From: Chiloscyllium plagiosum
Taxonomy: Eukaryota
Length of the DNA: 64,000 nucleotides
Direction: 5' to 3'
Assembly: GCF_004010195.1 (NCBI RefSeq)
Contig: NC_057728.1
Coordinates: forward strand, 45,902,229-45,966,228
In this document: positions 1 through 10,983 of the stretch, in pieces
How the letters are laid out: each line of letters starts with the position of its first letter
How positions within the stretch are numbered: position 1 is the first letter of the stretch
Made by a program: the position numbers and the translations under genes
The notes under the pieces: model-generated
Seen by the model: only the letters and a program-made list of their open reading frames with translations
Told to the model about the DNA's origin: nothing
Databases searched by the model: none

Positions 1-250
1 CATAGTAACTGAGTTGTTATCATGATGAAACAATTAGAAAAATGTTGTCCTATATTTTAACCTCAGTTTTGAAATTGGCCTGTGGGATACTTTGTCAATA
101 AAGTATTATAATTCATTCAAGACTACTAAGAACATATGCAGATCTGATAGTCATTCTTTAAATAACAGACATCCTGTTCTGCTTAAAAACAAAACTTCAG
201 CAGCTGAAGAAAACTAACGTTTTGTTTCAATGGTTCAGTAAGTGTGCTCT

Positions 251-256
251 TTTATT
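251..256 (-). promoter_or_regulatory. candidate polyadenylation signal of MGAT4C
   Basis: AATAAA on the minus strand ~440 nt after the stop codon; motif match only in AT-rich DNA. Confidence 0.25.
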
Positions 257-698
257 ATGTGAATTATCATGATTAGTTTGCCATCTCATTTGTAAATATC
301 TAAGAATAATCACAATAGCAATGCAAGCTGATAGGAAAAACAAATTAATAAAAGAAAAAGGCTTGAATTTACAACGTAGGATACTAGCAGCAAAAGGTTT
401 AATAATTCATCAGAAATTCCTCCCTCTGCTACTTTTGGACAGGCATGAAATTATTTATGAATACAGCCTAATTACCTTGGAGCACAAAATTCCTTTTTCT
501 ACCCTTTTCCATGAAAACTTATTCCTGGATGACAGTTCGAGTCTACTGCTTATTCTCATCCAATACAATTCATGTTTTTCTTATTTTAGAAGGTAAATTT
601 CAAATCATTACATGATAAATTTTCATCAGCTGCCTTGATTTTGTTTTCAGATTTACAAAATCTCTTGTATCAATTTCCATGGGATAACATTGAATGGT

Positions 699-1852
699 CT
701 AACTTGATGGCTGATTGGTCCAAATGCTGATACTCCTGATAATCAGCCATTCCTTTTGGCTTTCTGTTACTAATATCCGAATGCAGTGAATGTCAAATTC
801 AACTTTGTGACCAATATCCTTAATCTCAATATTTCCATGTTGAAACTCGCCCAGTTTGACATAGCTAGAACACTGCTTTCCTTTCTTTGCTATTTGCACA
901 TTTTGACCAACCTCTAGTGCTCCGTGATGCAAAATATCATTTTGTCTATCATCAGTTCCTGTTTGGATTTTCAGTTTGTCAATTTTAGTTGGTTTGTCCA
1001 GCACAATAAGAAAGTAATCTCCGGCTGAAGTAGATTTCCCCCAGAAGTACTCGTCTACATTGCTGTATGCTTTACGAGGATCGTAATGTTCAAACACATT
1101 CATGTTTGTGTAAAGCGTCGCAGGCGGATTGTCAGGAATATCAAAGGAATCTTCTTCAAAATCATCATCCTTAAGTTTGTTTTCTGTTCCTCTGAATGAG
1201 GAATAATATCCCATGTGCTGAAACAAAGAAGGCTTAAACCGTATGATATCCTTTTGGGCAAGTAGCCCTTGGAAATGAATTAGTAACCAGTCACATGGCA
1301 TTTCCTGATAAAACATTAATAAAAATTGTGCCAGTCGAGGCAGGTCATGTGAATGGTAAAGTTTTCCAATATATCCCAATTTTGAAAACTCCAGTGTCAC
1401 CCAATAGGAGCCTTTCCTTGAGGTAATGACTTTTTTAATAGCAGATAGGAAGTTTTTTGAGCAATGAATGTCATCTTCTAACATTACATAGTAGTCTGAT
1501 AAATTGGCACAGAAATTAAGCAGAAATGCGTAATCTACATTTTGCTTTGATCGAAATTTCACCCGATCTTCTGGGTCATTGTAGTTTCTTTTGAGGCCAT
1601 CTAAACTTGGGTAATACTCCTCAAGAGTATGAATAACCATCAATCGACCAGAAATGATGTGATGGCCAAATTTTCTGGAGACTTCTTGGACAATGTCTTC
1701 ACACCATGAGAGATCAAAGTCTGCTAAGTGTACAATAACTACAATTTCATTCAGTTCTTCATAGCTGGATTGGTCAAAAATAGATTTAATTGTTTCTAGT
1801 AGGTAGTTTCCTCTTTTCCTTTTCACTGATGACAATCCTATTGTTAAATATT
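699..1852 (-). CDS. MGAT4C: MGAT4C last coding exon: GT54 catalytic domain plus C-terminal lectin-like domain
   Basis: [23 protein letters not shown]...[11 protein letters not shown]...VMLEDD...[11 protein letters not shown]...[10 protein letters not shown] are GT54/MGAT4 motifs. Acceptor AG at 1854-1853, stop TAG at 701-699. Spliced CDS = 132+148+1154 = 1434 nt = 477 aa. Confidence 0.96.
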
Positions 1853-1985
1853 CTGCACAAATCATCAGAAAGGGGTTATCAGTAAAATCACATGTAACAC
1901 TAATTGTTATATAAAGGTATATTTTTTGATTGATTCAAATTACATTTATTGAAAATCACTAGATACATAATGGAATCAAACTCAC

Positions 1986-2133
1986 TTTTTCTAGGTATAG
2001 GAAAACCTGCAAGATAACGATAGGTGACATTTATTGCTCCTGACAGGTTAGTTAAATCTTTGAACGAATGGACATATTTTTCAGAGTTAAGCTGATGTGA
2101 AGTTATTTCTCTTGTCAGTCTTTGCTCTCCAGC
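1986..2133 (-). CDS. MGAT4C: MGAT4C middle coding exon (148 bp, stem region)
   Basis: AGEQRLTREITSHQLNSEKYVHSFKDLTNLSGAINVTYRYLAGFPIPRK. Acceptor tatgcAG at 2135-2134, donor GTGAG at 1985-1981. Phases join correctly to both neighbouring exons. Confidence 0.93.
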
Positions 2134-2730
2134 CTGCATAATAAGAAAAATCATTGTAATTTCAGTGTAAGACATCATGCCAAACGTAAAATGTTATCGT
2201 ATGTTTCCCACTGTAGTCAAAACTCTAGTATCTCATACTACCCATATGGTTTTCAGTTCCAAGACAACTTTCTAAGCTCTGTCTTACTGAAAATATACCA
2301 GAATATTTTGAGTTTTGCCAAATACAACCCAGGTTTTTAACTGTGGAGTGGGTCTGAACACTTAACATTCATGCATTAATGTTGGATATGGCATCAACTG
2401 ATGGATTTCAGCACAGGAATAGGACTGAGGTCTGAACTGTCATCAGGTTGTGGGCTTTGTGGGTGGAGTGCACCCACAATGTGAATTTACTAATTGCCAC
2501 TTAGAGTTTGACTGCTCTGCAGTTTTGTACGAAAACAGGAAACTATTGTTAGCTTACCAATTCAGGGAGTGAAGAGAAGGCAACTCTCAGCTTTTATAAG
2601 CCAGTTAAAAGATAGAGCGATATAGTGAACTATGCAGGTTAGCAACATTAACATTATGTCCTACAGATTGCCAATTTTTTTAAGCTCCAGTTTGAATTAA
2701 AATTATCCATCAAGTCCCTTTTGAAATTAT

Positions 2731-3253
2731 TTCTTTCCTGATGAAGAGCTTATAGAGTCATAGAGATGTACAGCATGGAAACAGACCCTTCGGTCCAACC
2801 TGTTCATACCGACCAGATATCCCAACCTGATCTAGTCCCACCTGCCAGCACCCGGTCCATATCACTCCAAACCCTTCCTAGTCATATACCCATCCAAATG
2901 CCTTTTAAATGTTGCAATTGTACCAGCCTCCACCACTTCCTCTGGCAGCTCATTCCGTACACGTACCACTCTCTGCATGAAAAAGTTGCCCCTTAGGTCC
3001 TTTTTATATCTTTCCCCTCTCACCCTAAACCTATGCCCTCTAGTTCTGGACTCCCCATACCAGGGAAATGACTTTGCCTATTTATCCTATCCATGCCCCT
3101 CAATAATTTTGTAAACCTCTATAAGGTCACCCCTCAGCCACCGACGCTCCAGGGAAAACAGCCCTCGCCTATTCAGCCTCGCCCGAAACATTGATTCTCC
3201 TGCTACTCGGATGCTGCCTGACCTGCTATACTTTTTTAGCACCACACTCTAGA
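2731..3253 (+). mobile_element. short Penelope-derived hammerhead element, interrupted by a CR1 fragment
   Basis: CTGATGAAGAGCT at 2738 resumes as GCCCGAAAC at 3181. Perfect 14-bp TSD CCTTTTGAAATTAT at 2717-2730 and 3254-3267. Confidence 0.8.
2752..3180 (-). mobile_element. CR1/HER1 LINE 3' fragment
   Basis: Tail repeat (atagagtc) plus the RT C-terminal region shared with the other CR1 copies in the window. Confidence 0.85.
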
Positions 3254-3405
3254 CCTTTTGAAATTATGCCTACTCAAAATTACTGAGAAGTATTTATCCA
3301 ATAGAACTAGCACACTAGCTTTATAGAATTAAAATATTTGTTTGACTTATTCAACATTACAATGATCAAATGTTAAACATTGCCCTCACCATTTATATTT
3401 CTTAC

Positions 3406-3537
3406 CATTACGTATCTGTCCTCTTCCATATATAGATTCAAGCAAAGGAGACAAATCGCAAGGAGGGCCAACGCTGGAATCGTTGAGCGCTTCCGAAAGC
3501 ATCTCATTTTCTCTGCACATTTCCAATATAGTCTCAT
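3406..3537 (-). CDS. MGAT4C: MGAT4C first coding exon (cytoplasmic tail and signal-anchor TM); exon probably begins at 3560
   Basis: Translates MRLYWKCAEKMRCFRKRSTIPALALLAICLLCLNLYMEEDRYVM, which resembles the MGAT4C N-terminus (MRCLRKRST...LNLYIED). Donor GTAAG at 3405-3401, acceptor tttgcAG at 3562-3561. Alternative in-frame ATG at 3507. Confidence 0.9.
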
Positions 3538-5212
3538 GATAATCCTAACTTTGAAGTTTCCTGCAAAAGTCAAAAGAATCATTTTAAAAAATCTTTATCT
3601 GCTCTATAACGTATTTATATACACACCATTTTATTAATATTATTTTAATGTTGCATTTGTTAATTTGCTACATTTAATAAGTCGCTTAATTTTTGATAAT
3701 TTCTGGGAAACATTTTGAAACAAGTAATGCGGACCTTTGACATTAAAGCAGCGAATAAACTTTAGTATATTTTTTAAAAAGAAATTTTCACGATATGTTC
3801 ACAGCTTTCACTTTTTTTAATAAACAAGTAAACACCATCTCTGTTCTGTCCATTTGCAGTTAGCAACCAATTTTTAATAAATTAATTTTGACAAATTAAG
3901 TCTCTAATTTGTATCTCTTATTATTTCAATCTGAAGAACCGGAGAATATGTCGTATGCTGAATAGATCAATTAAATCTATTGTAATTATGTATTAATCAA
4001 AGGTGCATACCTGGATAGTTGAATTGGTGGGAAAAAAAAGTAAAAAAGCCTTTGAGAAAAAGTGTACTGATGTTACTGCTCTCTACCCTTTTCTGCTTCT
4101 CTGGCCTAAATAATATCCACTTGATGTCCAAATTTCTCAAAGCAGAATTGTCATTCCATTATCCTTGATGTACTTGAGATGGAGAGTGAGTCTGAGGCCA
4201 GCATGTTATATTTACTATAAAAGTTCCAGTTGTAAACACATGGATCATAAAGATGAAGAACTGCTTGTTATGTTATACACAGGAATTTGTTTGTACATCT
4301 ACCTACCTATCCTTCATGCAGTACATAAGTAATAATTCTGTAGTAACTCATATAAACATACAGCTGCAATACTTCAGAGATTGCTACAGGCTTCCTTCCA
4401 AATTTTTAGTTGAAGCTGACATTGTTCTCATTGTAACAATGAGGCTCACTATTACTATCACGTAAATTGGAAATCAACTTCTAGTACCTATACATGAACA
4501 CAGGCTGGATTTTACTGGTAGCTGGGGGAGGGAGGCAGGAAATACTACAAGTGCATTCTGGAATGCACCCACCCTATGAGTGGCTTTGCCCAAGTCTTTT
4601 GTCTTTTCGCACAGAGGTTTGATTCGCAATACATTTGGCAGTTGAGCTCGTGACGGATGACAGGGGTGTCTGTTAGAAAACCACCTTAGTTCTCCAACAC
4701 AGCATCCCAGCTCCCAACATCTTTTTAAATGTTCCCCAAGCCACATCCTTCACCATTTCCTACTCACTTCTGATACTTCATGTCTCCTCTCAGGTTGCCC
4801 ATTGTACCCCATGCTCCCCTGTATCTCACCCACCACCAAACCATGCCATGATTCCCTCAAAGCTCTGCACTACAGCTGGTCTTCTCCCTCCCTGCAATGC
4901 ATCTCATTGCTACTTACCTTTCAGTCATGATGTACAGTGCTCAAGAGCTATGAAGTGGCAATGGGAATTATTTTTAAATGATTGGGATCCAAAAACAGTC
5001 TAATAAAACTCAATTCAAATATACTTTGATATTAATGGGGAACAACTACATTAGTTTACAGCAAAAACATTCTTTTAGTTCCCATTAAATTTTAAATTTG
5101 AATTAGAAGTCGATGTATTATCTCTGCCTCTTAATATTTGTTGTAACTTAGCCTCACCATTCAGGGTAAAGTTTACTATTACTATTATGCAATAAACCAC
5201 ATCTTCTTGACA

Positions 5213-5285
5213 AATGAAATAGCTCAGTTGGGAGAGCATTAGACTGAAGATATAAAGGTCCCTGATTCAATCCCGGGTTTCGGCA
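5213..5285 (+). pseudogene. tRNA-Phe(GAA) pseudogene
   Basis: Matches vertebrate tRNA-Phe GCCGAAATAGCTCAGTTGGGAGAGCGTTAGACTGAAGATCTAAAGGTCCCTGGTTCGATCCCGGGTTTCGGCA. Differences: first 3 nt replaced by AAT (acceptor stem broken), an anticodon-stem C>A, and B-box GGTTCGA>GATTCAA. Confidence 0.88.
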
Positions 5286-5322
5286 GACACAGCCTTGCTT
5301 GAGTGCTCCCTCCTTTGTATAC

Positions 5323-5640
5323 AGGGTGGCACAGTGGCTAGCACTGTTGCCTCACAGCACCAGGATCCCAGGTTTGACTCCAGCCTTGGTCGACTATCTG
5401 TGTGGAGTTTGCACATTCTCCCCATGTCTGCATTGGTTTCCTTTGGGTGCTCCGGTTTCTTCCTACAGTCCAAAGATGTGCAGGCCAGGTGAATTGGCTA
5501 TGCTAAATTGCCCATAGTGTTAGGTGCATTAGTTAGAGGGGAATAGGTCTGGGTGGGTTACTCTTTGGAGGGTCAGTGTGGACTGGTTGGGCCAAAGGGG
5601 CTGTTTCCACACTGTGGGGAATCTAATCTAATAAAAAAAA
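5323..5640 (+). mobile_element. HE1-like tRNA-derived V-SINE
   Basis: A/B-box head, central TGTGTGGAGTTTGCACATTCTCCCC domain, CR1-like tail ending in (AATCT)n. Confidence 0.9.
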
Positions 5641-6059
5641 CTTTTTGGATCACCCTCTAGCACTGTTAACCGAACAGACCTTTAAATTCACAGAAAGGAA
5701 ATGTGATCACAGCAACCTACCCCAACCATAAGCTACCAATGACTGGTTCTACAACAAACAACCTGGGATCAGCAGAGGGATGAATGTATAAATACCTCAA
5801 GATAATAATAGTGGAAAATAATCTATTCAACTGAAGAGAAAGAAGCTTTCAGAAAAGTAGTGAGTTGACAAATTTAAGATCATTCCTACTTTACAAAGAC
5901 ACAGATAAACAGTGAAGTGCTAAAAGTGTGCAAACAGAAAAGCAAGCATCAGCTCACCCCAGAGTTGATGAGAAGCACAAAAAAAATGGTGTGGGTTCAG
6001 AAGAGATTAAAAGTTATCACAAAATCAGGGCAGGACTTAAACACTTAATGTTAAGGTCC

Positions 6060-6900
6060 TCAGTGAACAAAGAGGCAATAGTTCATCGTTCCTTAAATGT
6101 GGAGCCACAGGTAGGCAGGATCGTGAAGTAGGCATTTGGTACACTTGCCTTTATTGGTCAGTGCATTAAGTATAGGAGTTGGGAAATCATGTTGCAGATG
6201 TATAGGACATTGGTTAGGCCACTTTTGGAATACTGTGTTCAATTCTGGTCTCCCTATAATAGGAAGCATGATGTGAAACTTGAAAGGGTTCAGCAAAGAT
6301 TTAACAGGATGTTGCCAGTGTTGGAGGTTTTGAGGCTGAATGGGCTGGGACTATTTTGCATGGAGCATTGGATTTTGAGGAGTGACCTTATAGAAATATA
6401 TAAAATCATGAGAGGCATGAATAGGATGAATAGTCAATGTCCTTTCCTCAGTTTAGGGGAGTCCAAAGATATAAGGTGAGAGGAGAAAGAGACCTAAGGG
6501 TCAACTTTTTCATGCAGACGGTGGTGCATGTATGGAATGAACTGCCAGAGGAAGTAGTAGAAATTTGTACAATTACATTTAAAATGCATCTGGATGCGTA
6601 CATGAATAGGAAGGATTAATTTAGGCTATCTGGTGGGCATAGATGAGTGGGAGTGAGGATCTGTTTAGGGGAGTCCAAAGATATAAGGTGAGAGGAGAAA
6701 GAGACCTAAGGGTCAACTTTTTCATGCAGACGGTGGTGCATGTATGGAATGAACTGCCAGAGGAAGTAATAGAAATTTGTACAATTACATTTAAAATGCA
6801 TCTGGATGCGTACATGAATAGGAAGGATTAATTTAGGCTATCTGGTGGGCATGGATGAGTGGGAGTGAGGATCTGTTTCCATGCTGTACATCTGTATGAC
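6060..6900 (+). mobile_element. CR1 LINE 3' fragment with an internal 212-bp tandem duplication
   Basis: YRTLVRPLLEYCVQFWSPY...LERVQ motif; segment 6451-6662 is repeated at 6663-6874. Confidence 0.9.
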
Positions 6901-7097
6901 AATTGGGAAATTTCAGACGCCTTTCAAAAGAATGATCTTTGGAAGCAGTCCAGAGCTATGTTAAAAAGTGACGTTATGATGGAGTACTTACCATTCAAAA
7001 TGAATATCACTGCCATTGTAAGCAGGGTCTATGATATCCTGCTATAGTAGACAGAGCAAAGGCCAGGATATTAACTTATGTCAAGTCTACAGCATTT

Positions 7098-9860
7098 CAT
7101 AGAACATAGAATATAGAAAAGTACATCACAGAACAGGGGCCCTTTGGCCCACGATGTTATGCCGAGGTTTAATCTTAATGTAAAATATAATAATAACCTA
7201 CGCACCCCTCAACGCCCTGCTCTCAATGTGCATGCCCAGCAATCGCTTAAATGTCCCTAATGACCCTGTTTCCACCACAACTGCTGTCAACTCTCTGCGT
7301 AAATAACCTCTGACGACTCCTCTATACCTTTCTCCTAATATCTTTAAACTATACCCCTCACGTACCGGTCAATCCTGCCCTGGGGAAAAGCCTTTGGCTG
7401 TTGACTCTATCTATTCCTCTCATTATCTTGTATACCTCGATCAGGTCTCCTCTCTTCCTCCTTCTCTCCAGAGAGAAAAGTCCGAGCTTATTCAACCTAT
7501 CTTCATTAGTCAAACCCTCCAGTCCTGGCAGCATCCTGGTAAACCTTCTTTGCACCCTCTCCAAAGCCTCTGCATCTTTCCTATAGTAGGGTGACCAGAA
7601 CTGGACACAATATTCCAAGTGTGGTTTCACCAGGGACTTGTAGAGCTGTAGCAAAACCTCGCTGCTCTTAAACTCGATCCCCCTGTTAATGAAAGCCAAA
7701 ACACCATATGCTTTCTTAACAACCCTTTTCACTTGGAGGCAACTTTGAGGGATTTATGTACTTGCACACCAGATCCCTCTGTTCCTCCATAGTGCCATGC
7801 ATTCAAGTTCGACCTTCCAAAATGCATCACTTTGCATTTATCCATGTTGAACTCCATCTGCCATTTCTCAGCCTAGCTCTGCATCCTGTCTATGTTGCAC
7901 TGCAGCCTGCAGTAGCCCTTGATACTCTGGACGGCACCTCAAACCTTTGTGTCATCTGCAAATTTACTAGCCCACCCCTCAACCTCCTCATCCAAGTCAT
8001 TTATAAAGATCACAAAGAGTAGAGGCCTAAGAACAGAGCCTTGCGGGACCCTACTCAACACTGACCTCCAGGCAGAATACTTTCCATCTATAACCACTCT
8101 CTGCCTTATGTCAGCAACCAATTCTGAATCCAGAAAGCCAAATCCCCCTGTATCCCATACTTCCTGACATTATGAATGAGCCTACCAAGGGTAACCTTCT
8201 CAAGTGCCTTGCTGAAGTCCATATACAGCATATCCACTGCTAGATCTTCATTGACTTGTCTTGTCACCTCCTCAAAGAACTCAATAAAATTTGTGAGGCA
8301 TGACCAGCTGCTCACAAGTCTGACTGCCTTTAATCATGCTATGCTCTGCCAAGTAGTCATAAATCCTATCCCTCAGAATTCTTTCCAAACCTCCAAGCAC
8401 AAGTTCCCTCCGCAATCCCTTATCGGTCCTACCTTCTCCCTGATCATTCTCTTATTCCTTACGTATGAGTAAAATGCCTTTGGGTTCTCCCTAATCCTTC
8501 TTGCCAAGCCTTTTTTGTGCCCCCTCCTGGCTCTCCTTAGTCCATTTTGAACTTCTTTTTAGCAAGCCTGTAATCCTCTAAAGCTGTGCTAGATCCTTGC
8601 TTCCTCCACCTTCTTCCTTCTTCCTTTTGACGAGAAGCTCCTCTGTTCTAATCATTCAAGGTTCCTTAATCTTACTCCTTCCTACCTGTCTCAGAGGAAC
8701 AAATTTGTGCATCACTTGCAACAACTGCTCCTTAAATATTCTCCACAAGTATGCTGTGCCCTTTATGTGGAACAATTGCTCCCAGTCTATACTTCCCAAC
8801 TCCTGTTTGATAGCATCATAATTTGCTTTTCCCCAATTATATACCTTTGCTCAGTAACTGCTCCTTTCCCTCTCCAAGGCAGTTGGAGGAAGTTGTGATC
8901 ACTGTCACCAAAGTGTTCTCCCACTGCGAGATCTAACACCTGTCCTGGCTCATTGCCGAGCACCAAATCCAAAATGGTCTCTCCCCTCGTCGGTCTGTTT
9001 ACATACTGAGTAAGGAAACCCTCCTGAACACACCTGACAAAAACAATTCCATCCAAACCATCTGCACTTAGGAGGTTCCAGTTGATATTGGGAAAGTTGA
9101 AATCACCCATAACAACAACCCTACTACATCTGCATTTTTCTAGAATCTGCCCACCTTCAATCTCTCTACTGCTATTAGGTAGGTCTGTCGAAAACCCCCA
9201 ATGTGGTGGCTGTTCCCTTGTTGTTCCTAACTTCCACCCATACTGATTCAGTAGACAAACCTTCCTCAACAACCTTCGTTTCTGTAGCTGTGATGCACTT
9301 TCTGATTAGCAATGCAAAACCCCCTCCTCTTTACCCACCCTCCCTGTTCTTTTTAAATATTCTAAACCCTGGAACGTCAAGCAATCATTCCTGCCCCTGT
9401 GAAACCCACGTCACTGTTATGGTCACAACATCGTAGCCCCAAGTACTGATCCATGCTCTAAGCTCATCATTTCTGGCAGTCCTTGCATTAAAGCAGACAC
9501 ACTTTAACTGATCACTTTGTTTCATCGCATTAGAAACCTTCCCGATAGATTCACTACATCCTGTCACTTCTCCATCTGCAGATGTCTCCCTCTCAGATAT
9601 GTAGCTCTGATTCCCACCACCCCCGCCAAACTAGTTTAAACCCGAATCACACAAGTAAATCTCCCACCCAGGACATTTGTGCCCCTCCAGTTCATGTGCA
9701 ACCCGTCCTTCATGTACAGGTCCCACCTTCCCCAGAAGGTATCCCAATGGTCTAGGTGCCTGAAGCCCTCCCTCCTGTACCAGCCTCGCAGCCACGTGTT
9801 AAACTGCATTCGCTGACTGTTCCTCATCTCACTATCTCGTGGCACCAGTAACAAACCTGA
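7098..9860 (-). mobile_element. degenerate CR1 LINE (end of ORF1 SGNH-esterase region, ORF2 EN and RT), internally deleted
   Basis: ORF fragments: DGLHMNWRGTNVL (ORF1), KCVCFNAR and VVMGDFNFP (endonuclease), YMDFSKA, VPQGSVL, KFADDTK, LEYCVQFWSPY (RT). (catagaa)n tail at 7098. Confidence 0.92.
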
Positions 9861-10168
9861 GAGTCACAATCATTTAAAGCAAAAAAGGGGAACTTTAGTT
9901 GATTTTAGAGTGTAGTTGAAGATGATAACTAGAAGAATTAAGATTATGATGAGACTGGGATATTCACAATTTAAAACATGATTTTGGGGAATCCAAGTTG
10001 GTAGCAGTTTAAAAGGATCGTGTTGCAGAGCTCCTCACCACATTGCGAGCGGGATGAAGTCCTAACCTACCCTACCTGGATCACCGTGATATCCTGGGAC
10101 TCAGGAAAGGTCATGGAGTCCCAGCAGACTGTTAAAGAACAACTTCCCTTAGTTTTCGCCATTTAGAA

Positions 10169-10983
10169 ATGCCGAAGAAGGGAGCAGGTTTGTCCAAGGT
10201 CGGGCCCGCAGCCTAGCCTGCAGGATCCTTGGACTCCATTTCCTACCAGGTCCGAGTAAAGAGGCTTGCAAAATCTCATGAGATGTTAGGCAAGCAGATA
10301 GAGGAGAAGCTGGCTCCGATTTCTATCATGCTGCAGAGGCATGAACAGCAGCTGGGAGACCTCGACAATAGAACGGATGAGATAGACCACAGAGTCACTG
10401 TGGTGGAAGCTGATACCAATTCCTCCAATGATAGGATCCAGGCCCTCGGGACGCAGGTCTGTAATTTGCTTGATCAAGTTGATGACGTCAAGAACAGGGG
10501 CAGGAGAAAAAATATTCGGATTGTCTGTCTGCCAGAGGGTAAGGAAGGTGAGCGACAAGTGGAATTTATTGAGGACTTATTGCTGAAATTCCTTAACTTG
10601 GAACTTGGAATGGGAAGCTTGAAGATTGAGAGGGCTCACTGGGTTGTGGCCCAGAAGTCAGGTCTGGGTCAATGTCCTCGTCCTCTCTTGGTGCGGTTTC
10701 ATCACTCCAGAGATAAGGACAGAATCAAGGAAGCTTCCAGAATCCAGCAGAAGGATCTAAAAGCTCTAGTTTATGAGGGGTCTAATATCATGTTCTTCCA
10801 GGACTTCTCAGTGGCAGTGATCCAGAAAAGAAAATCCATGATGGCATCAAGAAAAGAATGAGGGAGCTTGGGATGCAATATTCTCTGAGGTATCCGGCGG
10901 TGCTTCGGAACACCTTAGATGGATCTGTACATCTCTTTTACGTGTCGAAGAAGGCGAGAGACTTTGTGGACAAATTAACTTAA
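10169..10983 (+). pseudogene. L1 ORF1p (coiled coil plus RRM/CTD), disrupted
   Basis: NRGRRKNIRIVCLPEGKE, IERAH, PRPLLVRF and IMFFQDFS motifs; stop and frameshift present. Confidence 0.85.

Noticed and set aside
1853..1865. N-terminus MICAE of the 388-aa ORF
   Set aside because: Intronic; the exon begins at the AG acceptor and splices in frame to the upstream exons.
5213..5285. Functional tRNA-Phe
   Set aside because: Acceptor stem, anticodon stem and T-arm/B-box are all mutated.
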